Positions 42,920 through 53,357 of a DNA stretch of 64,000 nt are shown in pieces (the first letter of the stretch is position 1; each line of letters starts with the position of its first letter). The stretch spans positions 10,996 to 74,995 of the forward strand of contig JAFZUT010000023.1 in NCBI GenBank assembly GCA_017618175.1, read 5' to 3'. Under the pieces are notes generated by a model, which was not told the DNA's origin, searched no databases, and saw only the letters and a program-made list of their open reading frames with translations. Origin of the DNA: Alphaproteobacteria bacterium (lineage in GTDB: Bacteria; Pseudomonadota; Alphaproteobacteria; Rs-D84). The translations under genes were made by a program, and so were the position numbers.

Positions 42920-44899
42920 TTATACAAATAAATCTTTAACGAATTGTGCGTGTTCGGTTATAAAGCGGAAACGAAATTCCGGTTTTTTGCCCATCAGTTC
43001 CGATACAATGGTGCGTGTTTTTTCGGTGTCTTCGGCACCTTCGTCCGTGCGCGGTGGCAAATCGACCCGTATCAGCCGCCGTGTTTTTGGCGACATAGTT
43101 GTTTCTTTTAATTGGTTCGGCATCATTTCACCCAATCCCTTGAACCGGGATATCTCAACACGTTTATTTTTATATTTCCCGTTGGTCAGTGATTCCAATT
43201 CTTCATCACTGTCCACATAAACCGATTCGGTACCGTGTGTCAATTTATACAGTGGTGGACACGACAGATAAAGGTGCCCCCCGTAAATCAATTGCGGCAT
43301 CATTTGATAGAAAAATGCCATCAGTAATGATGCAATATGGCTGCCATCGACATCGGCATCGGTCATAATAATAATTTTTTCATACCGTAATTTTGAATCG
43401 TCCCAATTTTTTGCGGTGCCCGCGCCGATAATATCAATTAAATCATTTAATTCGCGGTTGTTGCCGAATCGTTCGTCTGAATTTGAAATAACATTCAAAA
43501 CCTTGCCCCGCAGTGGCATAATCGCCTGGGTCGCGCGGTCGCGGGCCTGTTTCGCGGTGCCGCCCGCCGATTCGCCTTCGACAATAAACAGTTCGGTTCC
43601 GGCAACGCCGTGTTTGGAACAATCGGCCAATTTTGCCGGCATACGAATCCGCTTGGTCGGGGTTTTGCGGGCAACCTCTTTAACCTGTTTTACGCGGATA
43701 CGGGCGTTTGCCAAATTTATAACAAATTCCAACAAAGCATTTGCGGTTTTTGGGTCGGACGCCAAAAACATTTCCCACGGGTCGCGCAGGGCGTTTTCGG
43801 TATATCGCGCAATTTCCGGGTTAGACAATTTTTCCTTGGTTTGACCCAGAAATTGTGGAGTTTTATAGAACACAGATACAATCGCCGCGACCGAATCAAA
43901 AACGTCTTCGCCGATAATATTCGCCGCATTTTTATTGTTTATTTTTTCACCGTATGCCTTAATTCCGCGGGTGATTGCAGATTTGAAACCGCTTTCGTGG
44001 GTGCCACCGTCAATGGTTGCGATGGTGTTGCAATATGATGCAAAGAATCCATCATCAGACGCCGCGCCATTTTCATCGGTTAAAAAAGTCAATGCCCATT
44101 CCACACGACCCGAATCGTCGGGAAAATCCACCGACCCAGAAAACAGTTTTGGCAAAATGCGTGGTTTATCACGGGTCTTTTCATCCAAGAAATCCGCCAC
44201 GCCGTTTGGATAGTAAAATGTCGTGTCGGTTGGAATTTCCATATCCGCGGTCAACAGTTCCGGGTTGCAATGCCAATCTATTTTAACCCCGCGTGACAAA
44301 AACGCCTTGGCACGTGCCATACGATAGATTTTAATTGGTTTGAATACCGCCGATTCGCCGAATATTTCATCATCAATTGTAAATTTGATTGATGTGCCGT
44401 GCGCACGTGTTGCCGCGCCCCGTGTCATTTTTGATGTTGGTTGTCCGCGCGAAAATGTTTGATGCCATTCGTACCCATCGCGCGAAATTGTCACATCCAT
44501 ATTTGAAGATAATGCGTTGACGACCGCACTGCCTACACCGTGCAGACCGCCACTGGTTTTATATACATTATTATTAAATTTGCCGCCCGAATGCAGTGTG
44601 GTAAGAATAACCTCCAATGCCGATTTGCCCGGGTATTTTGGGTGTTCATCAACCGGGATTCCGCGGCCGTCATCGGTTATTTCGATTGTTTTAGAATCAA
44701 TTAAATTTACAGTGATTTTCTTGGCAAAACCGGCAACGGCCTCGTCAATAGAATTGTCCATAATCTCCACCGGCAAATGATGCCATGCCTTTTCGTCTGT
44801 GCCGCCGATATACATACCCGGGCGCAGGCGAACCGGTTCCAGTCCTTCCAGTACCTGGATATCAGATGCATCATAAGAGTGCGAATTTTGTTCTGCCAT
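42920..44899 (-). CDS. parE: DNA topoisomerase IV subunit B
   Basis: 659 aa, which is ParE-sized rather than GyrB-sized. GHKL ATPase N-terminus LEGLEPVRLRPGMYIGGTDE...EIMDNSIDEA. Toprim motifs EGESAGG and IMTDADVDGSHI. Confidence 0.85.
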   Translation of the reverse strand: MAEQNSHSYDASDIQVLEGLEPVRLRPGMYIGGTDEKAWHHLPVEIMDNSIDEAVAGFAKKITVNLIDSKTIEITDDGRGIPVDEHPKYPGKSALEVILTTLHSGGKFNNNVYKTSGGLHGVGSAVVNALSSNMDVTISRDGYEWHQTFSRGQPTSKMTRGAATRAHGTSIKFTIDDEIFGESAVFKPIKIYRMARAKAFLSRGVKIDWHCNPELLTADMEIPTDTTFYYPNGVADFLDEKTRDKPRILPKLFSGSVDFPDDSGRVEWALTFLTDENGAASDDGFFASYCNTIATIDGGTHESGFKSAITRGIKAYGEKINNKNAANIIGEDVFDSVAAIVSVFYKTPQFLGQTKEKLSNPEIARYTENALRDPWEMFLASDPKTANALLEFVINLANARIRVKQVKEVARKTPTKRIRMPAKLADCSKHGVAGTELFIVEGESAGGTAKQARDRATQAIMPLRGKVLNVISNSDERFGNNRELNDLIDIIGAGTAKNWDDSKLRYEKIIIMTDADVDGSHIASLLMAFFYQMMPQLIYGGHLYLSCPPLYKLTHGTESVYVDSDEELESLTNGKYKNKRVEISRFKGLGEMMPNQLKETTMSPKTRRLIRVDLPPRTDEGAEDTEKTRTIVSELMGKKPEFRFRFITEHAQFVKDLFV

Positions 44900-44980
44900 A
44901 GTGCCTATATTATTAGAACATTATTTCGTTTTGTGCAAGCCCAATCGTAAAAACCGCCCGAAAAATAAGATTTTTATGGG

Positions 44981-45008
44981 CTTGATTTTGTTCGAAACCG
45001 CATTATAT
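44981..45008 (+). promoter_or_regulatory. Candidate RpoH (sigma32)-type heat-shock promoter of dnaJ
   Basis: CTTG-N17-ATTATAT, one mismatch from the alphaproteobacterial CTTG-N17-CYTATNT consensus. Ends 32 nt upstream of the dnaJ ATG. Confidence 0.35.
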
Positions 45009-45039
45009 ATTTAGGCAAGAAATAATTACGGACCGTAAA

Positions 45040-46167
45040 ATGAACAAAAATCCTTATGAAGTTTTGGGCGTGTCGCGCGATGCGTCGGACGCCGATATTA
45101 AAAAGGCATACCATAAATTGGTGATGAAATATCATCCGGATAAAAACCCGGGGGACAAGGCGGCCGAAGAAAAATTCAAAGAAGTTAATAATGCGTTTGA
45201 CATATTAAAAGATCCGCAAAAACGTGCGGCATATGACCGGTATGGTGATGCGGCATTCGCCGGTGGAAATGGGGCATCGGCCGGAATGGGCGGAAATCCA
45301 TTTGGGGGCGGATTTCATTTTGATATGGGTGGGGGCGCCGGGATGGAAGATATCTTGCGTGAGGCGATGCGCGGTTTCGGCTTTGGTGGATTCGAAGGTG
45401 CCACCAGGGCGGGCGGGGCATCTGCCCGGACGCGTGGACGCGATTTGTTGGATGAAGTCGAAATTTCACTGCGTGATGCATATTTTGGTAAAACACATAC
45501 GGTTAAGTTTTCCAGTAATGTAAAATGTGAAAAATGTAACGGGTACGGAACGGCGGATGGCAAGCCGGCACCAGTATGTTCGCGTTGTCACGGAACAGGT
45601 TATGTAAATGTTCAACGCGGATTTTTTGCGATGCAGGCCCCGTGTCCGGAATGTAATGGTTTGGGACATAAAATTGATAAAAAATGTCCAGATTGCGATG
45701 GTGCGGGCGTTGTCCATAAAAACAGAACTATTGATGTGAAAATCCCGGCGGGTATTGAAGACGGTGCGCGGTTACGCCTGGGTGGTCAGGGCGAGGCCGG
45801 TCAAAATGGTGGCGCCGCGGGTGATTTCTATCTGGATGTGCGTGTGCGCCCGGACCCGCGTTTCGAACGCGACGGGGCGAATTTAATAATGCGTGCCGAT
45901 TTGCCATTCACAACACTTGCATTGGGTGGTGAAATAGAGGTTGAAACAATTGACGACAAAAAATTGTCGGTCAAAGTGCCGGCGGGAACCCAGACGAACG
46001 AAAAATTGCGTGTACGTGGACACGGTATGCCGACCGGGCGTGCATCGTCATTTGGTGATTTGTATATAGAAATAGGAATTGTTGTTCCAACAAAACTGAC
46101 CGAGAAGCAAAAGAAAATTTTGACCGAATTTGCGGAAACAAAATCCGCCAAAAAAGGTTGGTTCTAA
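45040..46167 (+). CDS. dnaJ: Chaperone DnaJ
   Basis: J domain with HPD (YHPDKNPGD), G/F-rich region, four CxxCxGxG zinc-finger repeats. Confidence 0.95.
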   Translation: MNKNPYEVLGVSRDASDADIKKAYHKLVMKYHPDKNPGDKAAEEKFKEVNNAFDILKDPQKRAAYDRYGDAAFAGGNGASAGMGGNPFGGGFHFDMGGGAGMEDILREAMRGFGFGGFEGATRAGGASARTRGRDLLDEVEISLRDAYFGKTHTVKFSSNVKCEKCNGYGTADGKPAPVCSRCHGTGYVNVQRGFFAMQAPCPECNGLGHKIDKKCPDCDGAGVVHKNRTIDVKIPAGIEDGARLRLGGQGEAGQNGGAAGDFYLDVRVRPDPRFERDGANLIMRADLPFTTLALGGEIEVETIDDKKLSVKVPAGTQTNEKLRVRGHGMPTGRASSFGDLYIEIGIVVPTKLTEKQKKILTEFAETKSAKKGWF

Positions 46168-46213
46168 ATTCGCCTGTACGCCGGTTTGTGGCGTATAGGT
46201 GTTTTTTTATTGT

Positions 46214-46250
46214 AAAAAACAACCCGCCGTGGCGGGTTATTTTATTTTTT
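46214..46250. terminator. Intrinsic terminator between dnaJ and pgsA
   Basis: ACCCGC-cgtg-GCGGGT flanked by A- and T-runs. Confidence 0.65.
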
Positions 46251-46835
46251 TAATTTGTGGACAACATCCATTGTGTATTGGGTCGCCGACCAAATTGATG
46301 CGACCAATGCAAACCAAAGACCAAATATACCAATGTTTGGTAATGCATAAATTGCGTATAATATAAATTTGCCACTTGATGCCGATCCAACCGATGCGCC
46401 CAATGCAAACAATGCCAAAAATGCGATTATTGAAATCATCTGCATTGCGGTTTTGATTTTGCCCATTGAAAAACGTGTTTTGGCGTGCGGAACAGACATT
46501 TTTTGTGTGCCCAAGAATTCACGCAGGCCACTTATGTACAAATCACGTGCGACCATAACGATAATTGGAATCACAATGAACCAAACCGGCATCATAATGC
46601 ACAGCAATATAAATGTGTTTATAATCAAGAATTTATCAGCGACACTGTCCAATACAACGCCCATCTTGGTGCATACGTCATATTTCCGGGCAAGGTATCC
46701 GTCCAAAAAATCACTTAACGCCGCCAAAACAAACAGAATTAACGTTGTGGTATAAAGGCCGGACATCAATGTGCCGATAAGGGCAAATGACGCAAAAATG
46801 CGAAAGCCCGATAAAAAGTTCACGAAAAATTTCAT
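46242..46835 (-). CDS. pgsA: CDP-alcohol phosphatidyltransferase (PgsA-type)
   Basis: DFLDGYLARKYDVCTKMGVVLDSVADK, i.e. the D-x2-DG-x2-AR...G-x3-D-x3-D motif. Confidence 0.85.
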   Translation of the reverse strand: MKFFVNFLSGFRIFASFALIGTLMSGLYTTTLILFVLAALSDFLDGYLARKYDVCTKMGVVLDSVADKFLIINTFILLCIMMPVWFIVIPIIVMVARDLYISGLREFLGTQKMSVPHAKTRFSMGKIKTAMQMISIIAFLALFALGASVGSASSGKFILYAIYALPNIGIFGLWFALVASIWSATQYTMDVVHKLKK

Positions 46836-46881
46836 TTTGTTCTCCTTGGGTTATATTTTACAGACAAGATTATATCATATT

Positions 46882-48306
46882 TTAATGAAAATAATTGTAT
46901 ATTTTTTTTGCCGCAGATTTACCAAGCCCCGGTACGCATAACAGTGTCGGCATATCCGCATCCATAATGCCACGCACAGAACCGAAATGGTTTAACAATA
47001 ATTTTTTGCGTGCCGGCCCAATACCATCAATTTCATCCAGGCAAGAACCCGTCATCGTTTTTGCACGACGTGTTCGATGGTATGTGATAACAAATCTGTG
47101 TGCCTCGTCACGGACGCGGCGTAGCATTAAAAACAGTTTTGAATCTTTGGGCATTGTGCGATATTCGTCCCCATCCGGCATAATAAAATGTTCATCGCCA
47201 TTCCTAACTTCGCCCTTGGTAACACCCAAAATTGGAATGTTTGGTGCGGTTTCATGTGCAATGTTCCATTGGGCACGACCACCATCGACAATGATTAAAT
47301 CTAATTCAGGACTGTTTTTTACGGCACGTTCGATAAATTCTGCCATCATGGCAATATCGTTTCCGGCGCGCGCATGATCACGCAACTTGAAATGACGATA
47401 TCCGGATTTTATAAAACCGTTATGTCCAAATGTTATCATTGCGCCGACCGGATTCGTTCCAAACAAATGTGAATTATCAAATACACCGGCATATGTAATT
47501 TTACGACCAATCCATTTTTCCATTTCGCATATAATTTTGTCCCAATTTTTTGTATCGATTGAATCTTGGCTATACGGCGGATTCCGGCGTATACCGCGTA
47601 CAGATGTGTTTGTTAATGCCGATATTTTATCGCGTAAAATCGCCGCATTTTCAAAGTCCATTTTATCGGAAAATTTTTTCATCTGGGCGGACAGTTCTGT
47701 TATAATTGGTTCGCTGTCGCCGGTCAATATTCGTCGTGCCAATTTTACATTTTCGTCATAGTTCGGTACGTTCATTGTGCATGGTGCGCTGCATCGGCCG
47801 ATTTGGTACAGCAAGCATGGACGAACGCGGTTATTCATAAAACCGTCGGTACAGGTACGAATTTGACACACCTTTTGAATCATTTTTATGGTTTCATTTA
47901 ACGCCTGAACCGAAGGATATGGACCATATACATCGCGGCGTTGGGAAATTTTTCCGCGGAATTTCAATAAACGCGGATATTTATGATTTGTTAATGCCAA
48001 CATTGGGTACATTTTCCCATCGGTCAGCATAATGTTATATTTCGGTTTTTCTGATTTGATAATTTTTTGTTCCAATACCAACGCATCCGATTCGGTTGCG
48101 GTCGTTTCCCACGTCACCCGCGCAACCAGGGTGCGCATAACCTGTTTGTGTAATTCCAGTTTTGATATATCAGTGTACTGGCGCAACCGATTCGCAAGAT
48201 TTTTTGCCTTGCCAACGTAAAGCAGGCCATCGTTTGCATCATACATTCGATAAATGCCCGGAGATTCGGGTGCATTTTCAATTAAATCGCGGAATTGAAT
48301 ATTCAT
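46882..48306 (-). CDS. uvrC: Excinuclease ABC subunit C (short, 474 aa)
   Basis: GIY-YIG N-terminus (PGIYRMYDANDGLLYVGKAKNLANRL), RNase-H-like endonuclease domain, C-terminal (HhH)2 GIGPARKKLLLNHFGS. ATG 48306. Confidence 0.85.
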   Translation of the reverse strand: MNIQFRDLIENAPESPGIYRMYDANDGLLYVGKAKNLANRLRQYTDISKLELHKQVMRTLVARVTWETTATESDALVLEQKIIKSEKPKYNIMLTDGKMYPMLALTNHKYPRLLKFRGKISQRRDVYGPYPSVQALNETIKMIQKVCQIRTCTDGFMNNRVRPCLLYQIGRCSAPCTMNVPNYDENVKLARRILTGDSEPIITELSAQMKKFSDKMDFENAAILRDKISALTNTSVRGIRRNPPYSQDSIDTKNWDKIICEMEKWIGRKITYAGVFDNSHLFGTNPVGAMITFGHNGFIKSGYRHFKLRDHARAGNDIAMMAEFIERAVKNSPELDLIIVDGGRAQWNIAHETAPNIPILGVTKGEVRNGDEHFIMPDGDEYRTMPKDSKLFLMLRRVRDEAHRFVITYHRTRRAKTMTGSCLDEIDGIGPARKKLLLNHFGSVRGIMDADMPTLLCVPGLGKSAAKKIYNYFH

Positions 48307-48357
48307 ATTGGTTATGATAGAATAAATATAACCGAATAGCAAACAAAGGAATAAAAA

Positions 48358-48822
48358 ATGAAATATGAATCTGGACGTTCTATGATAGAAATGTTGGGGG
48401 TTTTGGCAATTATGGGTGTCATAACCGTTGGTGCAATTGGGTTGATTTCAACCGCAATGCGTACGCAAAAGCGTAACACCGTGAATGAAGAAGTGTTGCA
48501 AATTGTGACCGGGGTTCGGCAATTATTGGGCGAATATGACGATTTTTCGAACATAAACAATTCGACCATTTTTGGTGCAATTGGAATGTCGGCCAAGAAT
48601 CCTTATGGTGGAACATATGAATTGGCGGTGGATTCGACAAATAATCGTCAGTTTATTGTTTCTATAACCGGGTTGTCCGATGGTGATTGTGAATATTTTG
48701 TGACCAAGGCTTGGTCGGATTCTGTGGAATACATTGCTTCGGACGGCAAGAAAAGCGGTGCATCCGGGAACTGTAATGCGGGTAACGGCAAGAATGTTGT
48801 CAAAATAACTTATGGCGAATAA
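48358..48822 (+). CDS. Type IV pilin / pseudopilin-like protein
   Basis: Class III signal MKYESG/RSMIEMLGVLAIMGVITVGAIGLI, with Glu at +5 after the Gly cleavage site. Confidence 0.65.
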   Translation: MKYESGRSMIEMLGVLAIMGVITVGAIGLISTAMRTQKRNTVNEEVLQIVTGVRQLLGEYDDFSNINNSTIFGAIGMSAKNPYGGTYELAVDSTNNRQFIVSITGLSDGDCEYFVTKAWSDSVEYIASDGKKSGASGNCNAGNGKNVVKITYGE

Positions 48823-48827
48823 CCCGT

Positions 48828-49796
48828 ATGGCGGAATTGATAACGGTTTCTTCGGTTGAGGACGGGACGCGATTGTTACGTTGGTTTTTGCGTCACTTTC
48901 CATCTATGCCCCAGCGTGAGTTCTATCGACTGTGTCGTGGTGGACAAATACGTGTGAATTCGCGGCGGTGTCGTGGAACCGAAATTCTGCGTGAAGATGA
49001 TGTTGTGCGTGTTCCGCCAACCGTTGCAGAATACGCCGTGGCACCAAAGAAAAAAACCGAGTCCGGCGAGAACTTTTCATTATCAGATTTGGAAAAATTA
49101 CGTTTGTCTATAATTCACAATGATGACGATATCGTGGTTTTTAACAAGCCGGCGGGATTGGCGGTTCAGGGTGGAACGGGCATAAGAAAGTCTGTTGATA
49201 AAATGGCGGCGGCGTTATTCCCGTATGCCAAAATTTCGTTGGTGCATCGGTTAGATATGGAAACCAGTGGTTTATTGGTTGTTGCCAAGACTCAGCAGGC
49301 CGCCCAGGTTTTGTCGCGTCAATTTCAAACAAAAACCGCGCGTAAAGAATACTTGGCGTTATTGAATGGCGATGTTCCGGAATCCAAAGGCGTGATAGAT
49401 AATTATTTGTTAAAGGGGCGTGTGTTTGATTCGCTGGGGCGTGAAAATGGGACCGGTGCGCGTCCGCATCACGCGGTGACAGAATTTCGTGTGTTGGCGC
49501 GTGCGTCTGGGATGTTGACGTGGATTTTGTTTTTGCCCCAAACGGGACGGACACACCAATTGCGTATGCACAGTGCGTTTTCTTTGAATGCGCCAATTGT
49601 TGGCGATGATTTATATGGACGTGGGCATGAAATGGATGTGGGGTTGCGTTCAGTTGTTGCAACAAACAATTTGTTTTTGTTTGCACACAAGATTACGTTT
49701 CAGCATCCATCAACGGGGCGTATGGTGACGTTTCGGGCCCCGATTCCAGAATTTATGAAACCAGTGATTAACTTATTAGAATTGCCATTACCATAA
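48828..49796 (+). CDS. RluA-family 23S rRNA pseudouridine synthase (RluC/D-like) with an S4 domain
   Basis: HRLDMETSGLLVVAK catalytic-Asp motif and TGRTHQLRMH motif. Confidence 0.88.
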   Translation: MAELITVSSVEDGTRLLRWFLRHFPSMPQREFYRLCRGGQIRVNSRRCRGTEILREDDVVRVPPTVAEYAVAPKKKTESGENFSLSDLEKLRLSIIHNDDDIVVFNKPAGLAVQGGTGIRKSVDKMAAALFPYAKISLVHRLDMETSGLLVVAKTQQAAQVLSRQFQTKTARKEYLALLNGDVPESKGVIDNYLLKGRVFDSLGRENGTGARPHHAVTEFRVLARASGMLTWILFLPQTGRTHQLRMHSAFSLNAPIVGDDLYGRGHEMDVGLRSVVATNNLFLFAHKITFQHPSTGRMVTFRAPIPEFMKPVINLLELPLP

Positions 49797-49805
49797 GGAT
49801 TTCTA

Positions 49806-51914
49806 ATGACACGAAAGAAAAAATTTTTAGTTATAGCGCGGGTTGTGTTCATATTCTTTATGGCGGTTGGGGTGGCCATAGTAATTGCACTGGCCAAGAT
49901 GGATATGAATGTTTTGCGTTCAAATTTACTTGGGGTGTTGCGTTCTTCTACGGGTTTGCCAATCGAAATTACCGGCGATGTATCTTGGAAATTATCATTG
50001 CGTCCGCGTGTGACAATGCACGGGGTTAGTGTACCAAATGAAAAAAATGCAAAGCACAAAAATTTATTTGAGGCCGAAACAATCGAGGTTGGATTAAATC
50101 TGATTTCGTTGTTTTCGAATCGTCCAACCATACAAAGAATTCGCGTGAATGATGCAAAAATATATATTGATAAAAATGCGAACGGAAAATATGAATTATT
50201 TGATTCTGTGAACGGTGATAAAAATGGCTATACAGCGGATTCCGCCGTACAGGACGAAAATGAACAACCGGAATATCCGTTCATTGACCCCGGTTTTGGT
50301 ATGTTGGCAATAAACAATTTTACCGCATATGTTGATGGGCAAAAATATTCTGTTCCGCAATTGAGTTTCAGGGCAGGGAACTTTTCGAAAAATCGTGAAT
50401 ACAAAGGTTGGGTTAAATTAGAAAAAACACTTATACCGTTTATAATTTCTTTTGACAGGTATAATGCGGAACGCAAAGTGTATCCGGTTAAAATAGCTTT
50501 CTCGTCCGATGGGGACGCGTTGATTGCAGATGTCGCATTAGAAGGTACAAGCAAAATACCAATCGATTTTATTATCAAAGGTGATATTCCGGATGTGACA
50601 CCGATTGGTGAATTCTTGGGTGTGAAATTACCAAAGATGCCAGAGATAAATGTTAATATCGCCGGTGGATTTGGCAATGATAAATTGACGCTGTATAAAT
50701 CGTATGTTGGTGTCCGGGGCAGTGATATTATCATTTCTGGGAATATAGATTGGTCGAAAAAAATCACAGATATAAATGTGAATTTATCATCCAAGAAAAT
50801 AAATCTTTTGGAATTGTTCCCAGAACTATATGGATCTTCAAAACGTCCGGCAAAAAATTATAAACCAAATGTGTTCAAAGATATGCCGTTGTTCGGGTCG
50901 TTCCTGTATAACAAAAAGATGACATTAAATGTGGATTTAGGGCGTTTGATTGTATATCGCAATTTGTCTTTGAATAATATGAAGGTCGGTGCGCGTGTGC
51001 GTGACAATGTGATAAGAATAACCGCCGATACAGGTTTTGCCGATGGAAACATAAATGCCGCGATTGATGGAACCATAGAATCGTCTGGGCGTATGAATCT
51101 GGAAATGGGTGGTGTTGGCCGCGGCGTGGTGATTGGAAAATTACTGGAACAAATAAACACAAATGATTTTATATCTGAATTGCCAATCGATTTTGAAATA
51201 TATGTTCGCGGTTCTGGTTCAAATATGGCCGAGGTTATGAAAACCATAACCGGTCCGGTGCGTTTGTATTCTGCGGATTCGGGATATGCTCATTCTGATT
51301 TGGTTGCGTATATGTATGGTGCAGATTTCTTGACCAGTTTGCGTCACAGTATTCAAGATATGTTTTCATCAAAAAAGAAATATGATCAAATGAAAATAAA
51401 TTGTTTGGCGGTGAATCTAAAATTGCGCGATGGGTTGGCGGAAACGCGCAATGGGGTGGCCATAGAAACAAATGCGATAAATGTTATGTTGGATGGCGAT
51501 ATAAATTTAGGACGCGAAAAAATAGATTTGTCTTTGACGACCATACCTGTGCGCGGTATCAAACTTTCTTTGTCGGGCAATGTCGTGAACACAATCAAGA
51601 TATCCGGGAACTTGGCGGAACCCGATATAACAATCAGTGGTGCCGCCATTGCGGGCAAGGCGTTGTCGGCAACCGGTCTTGGACTTTTGTTGGCCCCGCT
51701 TACGGGCGGATTGGGCTTGGTTGCGGGTGCGGGTGTGGGACTGTTGGCTGGGGATTTGTTGGAAAACTGGCTGGCGGATGATCATCCGTGCAAGACTGCG
51801 TTGAAAAAGGGCGCGCCGGCGCATCGTGATGACCCAGAATGGATGGATTTACCGGTTTTGGACTTGGCCAATGGGGTTATAAATCCCGAATCTGGACCCG
51901 TTTCAAACAAATAA
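49806..51914 (+). CDS. AsmA-family outer-membrane biogenesis protein
   Basis: 702 aa with an N-terminal TM anchor and a long beta-rich repetitive body. The general AsmA architecture is recognised. No catalytic motif. Confidence 0.65.
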   Translation: MTRKKKFLVIARVVFIFFMAVGVAIVIALAKMDMNVLRSNLLGVLRSSTGLPIEITGDVSWKLSLRPRVTMHGVSVPNEKNAKHKNLFEAETIEVGLNLISLFSNRPTIQRIRVNDAKIYIDKNANGKYELFDSVNGDKNGYTADSAVQDENEQPEYPFIDPGFGMLAINNFTAYVDGQKYSVPQLSFRAGNFSKNREYKGWVKLEKTLIPFIISFDRYNAERKVYPVKIAFSSDGDALIADVALEGTSKIPIDFIIKGDIPDVTPIGEFLGVKLPKMPEINVNIAGGFGNDKLTLYKSYVGVRGSDIIISGNIDWSKKITDINVNLSSKKINLLELFPELYGSSKRPAKNYKPNVFKDMPLFGSFLYNKKMTLNVDLGRLIVYRNLSLNNMKVGARVRDNVIRITADTGFADGNINAAIDGTIESSGRMNLEMGGVGRGVVIGKLLEQINTNDFISELPIDFEIYVRGSGSNMAEVMKTITGPVRLYSADSGYAHSDLVAYMYGADFLTSLRHSIQDMFSSKKKYDQMKINCLAVNLKLRDGLAETRNGVAIETNAINVMLDGDINLGREKIDLSLTTIPVRGIKLSLSGNVVNTIKISGNLAEPDITISGAAIAGKALSATGLGLLLAPLTGGLGLVAGAGVGLLAGDLLENWLADDHPCKTALKKGAPAHRDDPEWMDLPVLDLANGVINPESGPVSNK

Positions 51915-52017
51915 TTTTTGGTACGCTTTTGCTCTTGCACCGAATCGGCATTTTTTGGTAAAATTCCCCCAAGAGAATGTAGGAAAGAATTTAAAAGAAA
52001 GATAACAGGAGCGTAAA

Positions 52018-53136
52018 ATGGAATTTTCTGTGTTTCGTCAGGTTTTAATCCGGGCGTTGGGTCACATGCAGTCTATTGTTGAAAAACGTGCAACTTTACC
52101 GATTTTGATGAATGTTAAATTGGATGTGGGTGATGATTTGGTGTTGTCTGCAACCAATGTAGATTTAGAATTGGTCGAACATGTGGCCGCCGATGTGACG
52201 TTGGGTGGAAGAATCACTGTGCCGGTTCAAATGCTGTACGACATTGTTCGTAAATTGCCGGACGATGCGGAAATTTCTTTCAAACAATCGGGTGATGCCT
52301 TGGTCGTGACCAGTGGTCGTGCGGTGTTCCATTTGCCGACTTTACCGGCGGAAAATTTCCCGGCTATGGCGGGCAGCAACCTGACCACAAAATTCCAAAT
52401 GACGACCGGTGATTTGGCGCACCTTATCAATCAAACAAAGTTTGCAATTCCAACGGACGATGTGCGTTATCATTTGGGCGGAATTTATTTCCATATTTCT
52501 AATGATGATGGTAAAAATAAATTGACGGCGGTTGCAACGGATGCCCAGCGTATGGCACTGTGTGCGATGAACGCCCCGGCGGGCAGTGCGGATATGCCGG
52601 CGGTTATTTTGCCACGCCGCGTGATTGGCGAATTGTCAAAATTGTTAGAGGATGCAACCGTTGACGATGTCAATGTTGAATTGTCTGATACCAAGGCGCG
52701 TTTCACAATTGGTGCCGCCATTTTAACCAGTAAATTGGTCGATGCCCAATATCCAAACTATCGCGTTGTTATACCTAAGGGTAATGACAAGATTGCGATT
52801 ATGGACCGGAAACAATTCTTGAACGCGGTTGATTTGGTTTCGGTGGCCAGTATTGATAAAACCAAATCTGTTCAGTTGACTTTCTCGATGAATAAATTGG
52901 TTGTCAATGCATCCAGTCCAGATGCCGGCACCGCGACCCAGGAATTAGATATTGAATACAATGGCGATGCATCATTCAGTGTGACATTTAATGTAAAGTT
53001 CCTTATGGATGTTGCGGGCCAGGTCGAAGGTGAAAAATTCCAAATGGAAATGCAGGATCCGCTTTCGCCAACAATTATTAAATCCACCAACAAAGATACA
53101 GATGCGTTGTTCATTTTAATGCCAATGCGGATGTAG
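52018..53136 (+). CDS. dnaN: DNA polymerase III beta sliding clamp
   Basis: 372 aa, three-domain clamp pattern, C-terminal ...LFILMPMRM. Confidence 0.93.
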   Translation: MEFSVFRQVLIRALGHMQSIVEKRATLPILMNVKLDVGDDLVLSATNVDLELVEHVAADVTLGGRITVPVQMLYDIVRKLPDDAEISFKQSGDALVVTSGRAVFHLPTLPAENFPAMAGSNLTTKFQMTTGDLAHLINQTKFAIPTDDVRYHLGGIYFHISNDDGKNKLTAVATDAQRMALCAMNAPAGSADMPAVILPRRVIGELSKLLEDATVDDVNVELSDTKARFTIGAAILTSKLVDAQYPNYRVVIPKGNDKIAIMDRKQFLNAVDLVSVASIDKTKSVQLTFSMNKLVVNASSPDAGTATQELDIEYNGDASFSVTFNVKFLMDVAGQVEGEKFQMEMQDPLSPTIIKSTNKDTDALFILMPMRM

Positions 53137-53166
53137 GTGTTAGTGGTTAGTGGATAGTGATTAGTG

Positions 53167-53318
53167 AAAACCGGCGGGAATCCGCCGGTTTTTGTGTGCA
53201 AACTGGTCACAAAAAGGTACCTTTTTGTCCACCACTTTTTTTAGAAAATACGATTCAGTAAAATCAATGACTTACGAAATCTCGCGGGGTGGTCAAAAAA
53301 AGGTACCTTTTTGTTACA
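53167..53318. repeat. Conserved ~150-bp intergenic element, copy 2
   Basis: See copy 1. Terminator hairpin CCGGCGG-gaa-TCCGCCGG followed by a T-run. Palindromes at 53211-53226 (18 bp perfect including the flanking C/G) and 53297-53312. Confidence 0.85.
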
Positions 53319-53357
53319 CTATAAACATACCAAACAAGCATAACAAAGGAAGGGAAT

